Source: Marsupella aquatica
Lineage: Eukaryota; Plantae; Marchantiophyta
Direction of reading: 5' to 3'
DNA: 64,000 bases
NCBI GenBank assembly: GCA_973895155.1
Contig: OZ316893.1
Location: 2,624,430-2,688,429, forward strand
The notes under the pieces are model-generated. The model did no database searches and had not been told where the DNA came from. It was given only the letters and a program-made list of their open reading frames with translations. Shown one piece after another: positions 11,768 to 22,334 of the stretch. The position numbers and the translations under genes were made by a program. The first letter of the stretch is position 1. Each line of letters opens with the position of its first letter.

Positions 11768-13885
11768 TACTTAGACAGTGTAGTTTTATTAGTAGAAGGA
11801 TAAGTAATTGTAAATCATCATCATCACCTTGTTATTTGGTTGATTTGACATATTAAAAAGGGGAGAGCAATTCTTCAATAAAATTCTTCTCTTCAACAAT
11901 CACAAGAAAGCAACCTAGCATTGAATGATTTCCATATGTGGATGGTTATTCATGACTGGATCATGGATTATGCATTTCACTCTTACTAGTAAATTTATGC
12001 ACATTAATGTGATTGTACACCTTGTACCACTTTATTCATTATTGGACCATGGATTGTGCATCTTTCATTCTAAATTGTGCATATTACAATAATTCTAATT
12101 ATGACAGTGTGTACCAATATATATGGTTTTTTGGTACATGCAAGTGTTAACTTAGTAATAATGAATTTATTTTGCTTAAATATGATTTAATTTTAATTTC
12201 AATCAATCCAAAATTTCACTAATTGTCCAGTTTTATCTAAATAGGGGTTATATATCCTTTTGAGCGGGAAACACTACAAGATAAACTGCGGGACAAACTG
12301 TTTTATATATACTTTCTTTTTGGGATCCTCAAACTTTTAGGTATCTTAAAAACATATTTTCTCATATATCTAGATATGAGAGTCCTAGATAGATTGTGTC
12401 AAAAGTCCTCAAAGCTTTTTATTACCATTTGGGGAGGATTGCTTGATAAAAGTTGGAACAACCCTAAAGGAAAACTACTTAATAGTTCACATCTGGCTCT
12501 TTATAAGTACTAGCTAACTAAGGTGGTAAGACTCTGAAGTTGTGTCCTCCCTGGCTAGTAACAACAGTGAGAAGCTTACTTAAAGTTATCAAACTTTCTC
12601 CAGGTGCTTCAAAATAAGATGAAATTACAAGAAACTTGAATGTTACCTGGAGCCTTTTCCAATGAGGTCAAACTAGAATAGCTTATTTCTTAAAATAGAA
12701 AATTTATGCTAGTACTCCAAAACTAAACGTTAAAAAGAATCGCAAATGAAATTTATTTGGGTAGCAAAATGAGATACTTTGACTAAGTAACTTCACATAA
12801 CCTCACATCAAGTTTGGAATGTTGTCTACTTCCAAGGTTATCTAGTCCTTTCTTGAAGTCCAGCTTGAAGTCAACTGCTGGTAAACAACTCCCCAATTAT
12901 CTTCTACTAAAGGCTAAAGTTCATCCTTTGTAAATGAACTAGTATGAGATTCCTTCTACCCCCTTAAGTTTACAATTGACCATTTCTAGCTATAGAGTAT
13001 TGTACTATATCTAGTGTGTATATTTGGGAGTTTAAAAGTGTATATTTAGAGCCCAATTTAGAGACCAAAAAGTGAACATTTAGAGGTCTAAAAATTAACA
13101 AAATAAATAACTCTTTTAATGAACAGAGTGATACTACCAAAGAACACTAGACCCTTTGGCAGGTGAGAAAGGGATCATCATCTCTTAATTAATTTTAATG
13201 TTTATGTTTGGACACAATGATGTTATGGAGTAAACCCTCACATCCAAATTATCCAAATTTACACTAAGTATGCCTTGTGCCAATCATATGCAATGTAGTT
13301 AGACTAGTTAATTTTGTAGCCCCTCTAAGTAGACTCACGTCCAAACAATATACCTTATATATCACATTATTATACTATATGATTACCATGGCACCCCGCA
13401 TGGCACCTTCTTTGAGATGAGCACCCTGTATTTGTCCCCTACAAATTAAGAGAGGCTGAAGGAACCCCAAAGTAACTTTTGTTTGTCTAGAGCAGTCACT
13501 GTCTAGCGAGCTCGAGATGTACAAGAAAACAATTCCAATCTGGATATATATCTCTGGTGAATGTACGTAACAGTCTGATTACGTAGACAACTATAATATC
13601 CTGTTAGACAGTGAGTACATGTGCATGCTTGAGTTGAATTTTGATTTGTGACTGACAAACAGTATATATTATTTGGTTTATACCCGGGTTTATAGTTCAA
13701 ATGAATTCAAATTTATTATCCTTCATGATACATTGAATATATTCTTCATAATACTTGCAGTCAGAGTATTATTTTGGAAATAATTCAATCTATGTTATAT
13801 GCTATGTACTTCGATTGATCAGTAAAGCTAATTGTTAAGTAAAGTTGACGCAATTTTTTTTATTATGTAGGCTGAACCATGCAAC

Positions 13886-14070
13886 GATCCATGAGCAGCG
13901 TTGGTCAAATAAGTGAAAACTCATTCCCCTAAAGCTCCAACCTTCTCAAACATGTGCAAAATCGCTCTAAAGGTCGACTCAATCCATGAGCAGCGTTGGT
14001 CAAACTAAGTGAAAACTGATTCCCCTAAAACTCCTTCTCAGACATGTGCAATTGCTCTGAAGGTCAACTT
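13886..14070. repeat. Two-copy ~95-bp direct tandem repeat
   Basis: ATCCATGAGCAGCGTTGGTCAAA...CATGTGCAA...AAGGTC occurs twice. Confidence 0.85.
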
Positions 14071-14863
14071 GGAGGAGATAGATTTAGTGTTTATAGAGGA
14101 ATCCCTACCTAGACTTTTTTGACACTTTGTTCAGAAATGACTTGTGTATTAATATATGTCACTCAATCTGCTCTAACTCCCCCTCCATCAATTAATAGTG
14201 ACCTTGGTTAACTTATGCAACTCTTCATTTCCATAGTTTCAAATGCCAAGGGGTTAATATTTTTTTCCCTTGCAGGCACGCTTTCAGGTCAGGTCTTTGC
14301 AATCACTGCCAGATGATAATATATTACTCAAGAAATACAGACAGAATATTCACAGCGGATCGATACTGTGCACGCTAGCCCCTCTGCATGCATGAACGCA
14401 AACCTACCTAGCTTCAATAGGCAGCCGGTGGATGTGCCCACTAGAAAGTAAATGAAAGCTCGAGATTCCTAGAGATGGCCTTCTTTCTCTTCTTGTTGAG
14501 GGAAACTTGAACTAAGACACCGCTATTGTTGTGGCTAATTGAGACAAAGGAAGAGAGGAACGAGCGCTAGTTAAGTAGGCAGTGGAATGATAGTGGAGGC
14601 GCCGCAGAAGGGGAGCCAAAACAGGGAAGGATCAACAACGCCAAAGAGACCCCTAAATCTAAGGGGTGAGAGCAAAAGGAATTGGCGGCACCTAAGTTAG
14701 GTGGAGTGGAGGAGATAGCCATTAGGGGAGGATTGCATGTCCAAAGAGGATAAAGGAGCCTGATGGCCTGCCTGATGGTTGTAACATGCATATCTTAACA
14801 CCCCCCGCTCTCGAGCAGCTGCAGGTGACGTTGAGGTGAGTTACAAAAGGTCGAGAGAGAAGA

Positions 14864-15362
14864 ATGGCCGGGGACAATGAATCGGTAGTAGCAGCGTTGA
14901 AAAAATTGCTGATCATCATGACAATCATGGAGTTGTTGTATGTCGTAGGAGTGCAGCTCTGGAACGGGGCAAAGGTGATAGTGCACCGATGGAATTCAGA
15001 TGAAGTGCAGAAGGTGAAGACTCCAGACCTAAGTACGTAAACCCGTAAGTAAAGTAGGAACCCCCTTTGAAGAAGATAAGGTCAAACTGAGTGCAAAGTT
15101 CAGGAGCAACAAAGTGATAGTAGTTGTCGGGGCCCCCTCTGAAGGTGTAAGTAGACGACGGCGAACAGGACCCAGAGTGCTACAAAATGACAGTGTGGGG
15201 CAATTCTATGCAGTGGCAATAGGTGTGAGACCTGGAATATATCGCACCTGGGAGGAGGCAAGCTGACAGATGACGGGGTATAGTGGTACTCGTCACATGA
15301 AGTTTAGAACGTTGGTGGAGGCTCAACAATATCTCCTCCTTGAGTATCGAAAGGTGATATGA
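14864..15362 (+). pseudogene. Antisense copia accessory ORF: N-terminal hydrophobic segment plus RNase H1 N-terminal hybrid-binding (Cauli_VI-type) domain, disrupted
   Basis: 14864-15040 reads MAGDNESVVAALKKLLIIMTIMELLYVVGVQLWNG... After one frameshift, 15204-15335 reads FYAVAIGVRPGIYRTWEEAS*QMTGYSGTRHMKFRTLVEAQQYL, matching the HBD consensus FYAVxxGxxxGIYxxWxECxxQVxGYxGAxxKxFxTxxEAxxYL. Confidence 0.75.
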
Positions 15363-17361
15363 TTGAATGGAATTTAGAGAAGCTCAAACTAGTAGTGGAG
15401 CAGAGCGGGAAGCTGATAGAATATTGACGATGCAGGTCAGACATAGAATATTTTGTTGTGTCTTTTGTGAGAAGGTGCAGTGTATGCATATGAGGGCTAG
15501 AGAAAGGATGGATACCAAGCCTCAATGAAGATTGTTTGAGCAGCTTCGAGTAGAGTGCGATTCTTTTGCTCGCCATTCTGATGGGGGGGTGCAGTGAGTG
15601 GACGTCTCATTCCGTGGTGAAAACAGTACTACTCATTAAAATCTGAAGACGTGTATTATCCCCCTCGGTCAGACCAAATGCAGGAAATAGAAGACAGTAA
15701 ATTCAATTCTTTTTCTGCTGCGCGAGCTGCCGCGGTTCTGAATTCCTTGAAGTATCGATAAGTTTCACTCTTCTGAGTGAGAAAGTAAACCCAAGTGAAC
15801 CAGGTAAAATTGTCAGTAAAGGTAAGAATGTACTTGAGTGGCGAAGATGATTTGATCGGGCCATAGAGATTAGAGTGAACAAGTTCAAGAGGACGAGAGG
15901 TCTGATGGACAAATGTCTTGGGCGGGGTCTTGGGGACTTTCTCGCAATGAGATTTACCAAGAATACATGAAGTGTGCACACTGATCGAGTTTCTTCAGTA
16001 GAGGGACTTTGTAGAGGTTGTCAACTTTGGTCTCTGCAAGATTGGCCTGTGGCTTGACATGATGGAGGTTGGAGGCGCGAAGCTGGAGCTGAGAGATCTC
16101 ATCAGGTTTCTTCAGATCACATTCGACTTCCCAATGGCTAGACTTACCACAATAGTTGCAACTTCTGGTTGAGAGACGTTTTCCTGACTGCAACGGCCCC
16201 TTTGGTGGGCCATGAGAGTCAGAGTAGTAGGGGGTATATATGGGAGTCGGAGTTGCCGCGTCCACGATTGAAGTTGGAGTAGCCTCCACGGTTGCTATGG
16301 TTGTAGGAGTTGCTTCAGTTGAAGCCTGGTTTGAAGCGGGCCAGCAGAGCTTCTTCTTGGAGCTTGCCGGCAAGCATGGCTTCTTCAGCAAGCTAGTTCC
16401 CCTTTCTTGCTTTTGCGCCAGTATTCCTCAGCCTGCATGCGCTCAACAAAATATGTGTATGTAGGTGGAGGTGTACGTGACAGGTCAAAACCGAAACTGG
16501 ACACGAAGGGCCTCCAGATGAGAGGCAAACCGTTTAGGACCATATTCATAAGACAACCATTGCAAACCTCGACATTGAATGATGCTAGCAAGTTTGGAAG
16601 TGAGATCTTCAACTTCCCTTAGATACTCCTTGATGCTGGTGCCGTCAGCCATCTTGACTCCGGTCAGCTGTTGTTCTAGTAGGAGTCGTCGTTGGAGGAG
16701 GTCTCCACCAAAGCGTTGTTTGAAATGAGTTCAGCCAACGACTGGATCATTCCCAAATTTCTTCACCGTTGGAAGAAACTTGTCACTAATAGTGGCAGTC
16801 AGAATAGACTTGGCACTCAGCTTCCTCTTCCTCAGTTCCTGTGGCGTGAGGTCAACAATGACAACTTCTGTAGCTTCACTGTCTGCATTGTCAGGGTCTG
16901 GGATAGCGGGATCAAATCCCAGCTCATCCCACACTTTGCCACATTCTAGTAGCGCCTAGACACGGATCGCCTAGGACATGTAGTTGCTGGAACCATCGAC
17001 TGAGTTTGTCCCCAGCTGTGAACAAGCGTGACATCTCCATATCTGAATATACTATCTAGATATTGTGGACTAGTACAATAGTATAGCAGTCAGTCTATAA
17101 AGAAACTTCTAGCGTACTCAGCAAATTCTCATCTGCGCAGCTATAGTGGGGAGCGATCTCCTCGCTCCGAAACCATGAGGGAAACTTGAACCAAGACACT
17201 GCTATTGCTGTGTCTAACTGAGACAAAGGAAGAGAGGAATGAGCATTGGTTAAGTAGGTAGTGGAACGACTGTCGAGGCGCCGCAGAAGGGGAGCCAAAA
17301 CAATTCAAGGAAGGATCAACTACTCCAAACTAAGAGACCCCTAAATCTAAGGGGTGAGAGC

Positions 17362-17690
17362 CAGAGTATTTTGTAAGTGTGAATTTTAGCCAAATTCCAC
17401 CTCCCCAAAACACTTTTGCCACTTTTGGCCAATATTGGCTACATTTTTTTGACACCATTAGCCACTCTTCCATCAAATCATGGGCCCCATTAACCAGAAT
17501 CTAAGGGTCCTCCTTAAATCTAGGGATATCTGAGCCAGAATCTAAGGGTCCTCCTTAAATCTAGGGATATCTGACAGTCGACATTTAATTCAGAAAAATC
17601 TGGCAGAGAATATTCCTAGAATCTACTCCTTAGAGAAGCAAACATTCGCCACATTGGCTGAAAATAAAAAAAACCTTAAAAAATACACTG
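17362..17690. mobile_element. hAT-type MITE (329 bp) inserted in the copia 5' LTR
   Basis: 8-bp TSD GTGAGAGC (17354-17361 / 17691-17698). TIRs are CAGAGTATTTTGTAAG and CTTAAAAAATACACTG (14/16). The element is absent from the partner LTR. Confidence 0.9.
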
Positions 17691-18834
17691 GTGAGAGCGG
17701 AAGGAACTGGCAGCACCCTAAGTAACGTGGAGTTTAGGGGAGGACCGCAAGTCCAAAGAGGACAAAGGAGCCTGATGGTCGTAACATATCTCAACCCCTG
17801 TTACGTACATGTTGCCTTCCTGATCCTTCGTGAGTGCCAAGTTACAGACCAACATCTCCGCCTTCCCCCTAGACTTTCCGAATCAGACCCACACAAGTGA
17901 AGTTTAAATGACTTACAGAAACAAAGTCACCTGCCCTTTGATTCGTTTTCGTAGTACGTTCCAGATTAATTACGCGGGAAGGCAAAATTTCAGATCACAA
18001 CAGGAGCAGATCAGTCGCTGCTATAGCTAGAGTTCAGAAGAGCACAAAAACCTATTGACAGATTACTAAAGAGAAGTGCTAGTGTCTTGCAATGTATGTG
18101 AATACAGCATAATTTAGTATTTCCGCTCCTTGGGGTGAAGCCATTCTCAACCATGATTCACAAAACAAAATTGTGATAGAGCGGCTAGTTATAATCTTGT
18201 TGGCAGTTGCTTCATGATAGGGTATGGAAACGTATCTTTGAGGAACTGGCTGGCAGAAGTGTTCTCGACTGCAGTTTACGTTTGGTTAACTAGTACGTAC
18301 CTACCGGGCTACCTTCGATCCTGAGGCCAGAACTCTACGTGGTAGGAAATCCTTCGAAAAAACACTGTAGTGAACTGAACGAACAGACACAACATTATAC
18401 ATCAAAATGGTATAATACACTCTTGATATGTAAAGCATGAATGAATGTTTTTATTATGCACTGGAAATAGTCCAGGGCCCAGCAGTAAACCAAGCGTACA
18501 TGTACCCAAACTGGGTTCTGAATCTTTTCCAGCTAGCTATCTACGTACTAGCTAGCTTAAGCCGCGCGAGAATATGACACATGATAGGACGGTCCCATCA
18601 CCATCGACAAATATATAGCATCATATTCCTGAAACGCAGCCAGAACTGTATTGAAGATCATGTAGCTTATTTTCCAACGTCGAATGCTGCTGGAGTTACG
18701 GTACCCATTCATGAAGGTTTGTGACGGGAAGTCACTTGATTCGCCTTGCAACGCCTTCTCATTTGCAATGGTATGAAGAACGAGGATAACAACCGAGAGG
18801 AGAAAGTACTCTTGCTTAATTGATGAATTCAAGT

Positions 18835-19248
18835 CTAGGTATTCTTCGGCTTTTTGCCGAGAAGTGACCTATGAATATGGGGTATAACGCCCCCACCCGC
18901 AATGGTGGCCTTGATCATTACATCGAGCTCTTCATCGCCCCTGATGGCAAGTTGCAAAGTTCGGGGACTTATGCGCTTGACATTCAAGTCCTTGCAAGCA
19001 TTGCCTGCCAATTCTAAGACCTCAGCAGTCAAATACTCGAGAATAGCTGCGGAATACACAGCCGCCGTTGCACCCACTCGTCCGTTGGAAGGAACTCGAG
19101 CTTTCAACAGCCGGTGGATGCGTCCAACCGGAAAGGTGATGCCAGCTCGAGATGACCTCGAGATAGCCTTCATCTTGCCCTTCTTGTTGCTTTCTGGGCT
19201 CTTCGACTTCCTTGTCGTCTCGTTCAGCGACTGATTCCCTGCCACCAT
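18835..19248 (-). CDS. H2A.Z: Histone H2A.Z variant, intronless, divergent
   Basis: [76 protein letters not shown]. First ATG at 19248. Confidence 0.95.
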   Translation of the reverse strand: MVAGNQSLNETTRKSKSPESNKKGKMKAISRSSRAGITFPVGRIHRLLKARVPSNGRVGATAAVYSAAILEYLTAEVLELAGNACKDLNVKRISPRTLQLAIRGDEELDVMIKATIAGGGVIPHIHRSLLGKKPKNT

Positions 19249-20214
19249 GATGTTCGCTCTAATTTCCCGGAACGTTAACTCACAGCAGAATGAGACTTTA
19301 GAGGACGCCAACCTGGTCGCCTACCAATGCTCCGCGCGAAGAAAGAGATGACACACTGAGACAAAATGAGAAGGCAGGATCTGGGTCTGCATCGAAATGA
19401 AATATAGTGTCGCCAAGAGATCCTTAAATAGCTCAATTTCCAGGTAGAGAAAATATGAGTCTTACTGAGTACACAATGAAGCGGTACCGACTCTAGACAG
19501 CTTCTCGATCATTTTTCCCTTTCCTAAGTAGGACACCAAATAGTAACCAACTACAAAATCGAAACTGTTCTTTGGTAGTATGCCTTCGGGTGTTATGAGT
19601 AAACAAAAAAGTTGGACTGACTACAGACAGACCCTACCAGTAGTTGCTGCTTACGTCGAACTGACCAAAATAAAGAGTGATAGCTAGTGGTTCTTCGGCT
19701 TCATTCATAAGTGAATATCAGCTATTAGTAAAAGAGTATCATGTGGCAAGGGGGACAAATTTGATCTACCCAAGTGATATTTTCCAAGATGGCCGTTCAG
19801 CTTTGTCTGCCAAATTGACCAAATTGCTCCTAGCTGGGAACTAAAGAAGGTCAAGCCAGGATTAGACGAGTGATTCACCTGTCAAATTTGATTGAAAAAG
19901 AAGCTTTTTCAAGTCAGAACGGTTAGAGATTTATTTTGCAGAAAGTCGAAACTGGCAGCACTCCTTGGCGTTAGTTGTAAACAAGGAGCACCCCAACTTC
20001 TGCTCATTAGTCTTGTGGCCAAACTTATGGGCAATGTTCAGTTCACATTTAACACTTTCAGATAAATAAATGAACACAAATTTTGCAAAACTGAAGCTAA
20101 GAAGGGCCACCGTGTAGGACACAGCTCCTGGCATAGCTCTCCTATAGACCAGAGTATGATGGTCCATGGGAATGTGGGGCACATAACTTGATTATTGTAG
20201 GTTTAAGAGAATTT

Positions 20215-20462
20215 TAGCTTTTGAGCTGCAAGGCAATTACAAACTACACTGTTCACTCTAATTGGTTTGATCTCGGAATTAATGTGAGTCTATAATTAAT
20301 GTTGGTAATATTAATTTAAGAGTGGGGCAAGTTTGAATAGGAGAAAAATTAGCTTTGAGCTGCAAGGCAACTACAAACTAGGCTGTTCACTCTAGTTGGT
20401 TTTTTTCATCTCAGAATTAATGTTGGTAATACTAATTTAAGAGCAGGGCAATTTTGAATAGA
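20215..20462. repeat. Two-copy ~130-bp tandem duplication
   Basis: TTTGAGCTGCAAGGCAA.TACAAACTA...AATTTAAGAG...GGGCAA.TTTGAATAG occurs twice. Confidence 0.8.
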
Positions 20463-21379
20463 AAATAACAGTAAATGTAGTGGTTTTCTGAGCTAATACT
20501 ATTTAGGGTTTGGATTCACTGAACAATAGTTGAACAAGTCAAATTTGTCTAGTCCCACTTCTGATTTGTGCTGACATTGTCTGACAAGTAGTGTAAACCT
20601 TGTTGAAACTCTATTCCCTAACTGCAATTTTTATTTTTAGCATGAGACATTCTCTTCGAGAGCAATGTCTTTTGTATGTGTGCATTAGAACCCTCTCACT
20701 GTTGCTTGTATAAAAGTAAATCTTTCAAATGTGATCTCCAAGAAAAATTTTCAAATCTTCAAATAGTATTATCCACAAATGGAATTAGTGTTATCGTTAC
20801 TTTCCAAGTAACATTATGGAAAAATCAAAATTAAAATTATACTACATATTACTTAGTGAGTACACTATATTGTTAGTCAGTAATTAAAATTAGAAATACT
20901 AATTGAAGAGTCAAAGCCCCAAAAATAAATGTTGCACATTAGGAAAGTTAATTGTCATAATTAATGTAGAGAAGGAGGAGACTTAAGAAAACACAATATA
21001 TTGTGTTATAACAGTAAAAATTAATCTAATTAAATTTATCTCTTTCCAATGAAAAACAACCAAAAACCATCACTTTGAGAAAAAATATGTTTACTTCTCT
21101 AGCCTACACTCAAAAGAGCAAGTATTTGAATTTATGGACATCATTTATTAGAATTCAACTCAAATTTTGGAGTATGTGGTCAACAATTGGGTTTCATAGC
21201 CCGGTTTCATAGCCCAACCCCTCGGCCCAGGAGGGCTGCAAATTCCAAACTTATTTTCACTCTAGAAGAGCTACCAGGCTTTCTTTGGAGCTCTACCATG
21301 CTAAGTTGGGTGTTTACTCGAGAGCTCTACCAAACTTGCCAGTTCTCTGCTAAGTTGGGTGTTAGCTAAGTTGGGTGTT

Positions 21380-21526
21380 AACTTGTTGGTTCCTTTTTTG
21401 TACTTTTCTGCTTTTGGTTGGGTCCCTTTGGCTTGTTTTTCTTGGGGCCATTTGCTCTCTTTTCCTTCCCTTCATTGGAATATGTCTCCCAGGTGGGGAG
21501 TTTTTTGCCCTTGGGCACTCTGATAT
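21380..21526 (+). mobile_element. Dispersed LINE-like 3'-end fragment
   Basis: Ends in TTGCCCTTGGGCACTCTGATATT. Homologous to reverse copies at ~27440-27660, ~63280-63450, ~1990-2290 and ~3266-3560. Confidence 0.55.
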
Positions 21527-22334
21527 TGGAGAAATCTGTTAGTGAGAAATCCGTTAGTGATACTGTAGAAAAGACACTGCGAGGTGAAATAAATTGATAT
21601 TAAAGTATGCCTGGTGTCGTTTTCTACTTTGGGATGGAACTAAACGGTATATGAAGACCTAGCAGATTCATGACAGCAATCCTCGACTGTCACGAAACTG
21701 ACCCTTCTGGAAAGTGGGAAACAGTAGCTTTGTCCAAACTTTCCGCTAAGTATGAGATTTCGAAGTTCTACACGATTTTGAAGACAGATGCCGTGTGCTC
21801 CTCTCCTCGACTCCAGGAAACTAACCCATCTGGAAAGTTGGGAACCGGCAGCTCTGTCCAATTTTCCAGTGAGTGGGAGATTTCGGAGTTCGGCATGATT
21901 TAAAGACAGAAAAGTCCATCTTACCTTCGGAGATCACGCCATATGTAACCACGCGATTCCAACTTCAACCTCAAAGTCCATGAAAATAGTCCACGTTTGA
22001 GAATGATCATTTCGTTTTCCAGAAAAGGAGTTCATAATCATAAAAATGTCTCACAGTTACATAATCAATCACTTTCTCTCTAAAAATACCCTTCTCTAAA
22101 CCCTAAACCTTCGCCCCAAAAATCACACTAACGGATGAGATATCCTTCAAAGCTCTGCCTAGAAAAATGGACAACGAAATGAGATATATTGTACACAAAC
22201 TTAGCGTCGCCCAGAGGCGACGGGCAGCTAGGTCTAAACCAGAGAAAGATGAAGTCCGGCCAAACAAAGAAACTTACTCCTTGTTGCAGTCCTATAAATA
22301 AGACAGGAGCACAACCACGAGAGCTATGTGTTGT

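Larger units (their letters stand above)
14497..17796 (-). mobile_element. Internally deleted, degenerate Ty1/copia element (gag, Zn knuckle, integrase remnants; no protease/RT/RNase H seen)
   Basis: LTRs at 14497-14800 and 17176-17796 (the latter split by a MITE). Degenerate PBS GCTCCGAAACCA at 17164-17175, PPT CCCCCCGCTCTCG at 14801-14813, near-TSD CTTGT/CCTGT. Fragments: MVLNGLP (gag), CNYCGKSSHWEVEC (CCHC), RPLELVHSNLYGP..YILTFTD..WVYFL..KSE and SDRGG (copia integrase). Confidence 0.9.

Noticed and set aside
12272-12281. CACTACAAGA as a CACTA terminus for the transposase element
   Set aside because: No matching opposite terminus or TSD was found, and the transposase core is not CACTA-type; element ends remain undefined.
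22205-22231. GC hairpin CGTCGCC-CAGA-GGCGACG followed by CTAG (Helitron 3' end?)
   Set aside because: The hairpin-to-CTAG spacing is short, the next base is not T, no 5' TC end was identified, and it lies in the LPP 3'UTR region.
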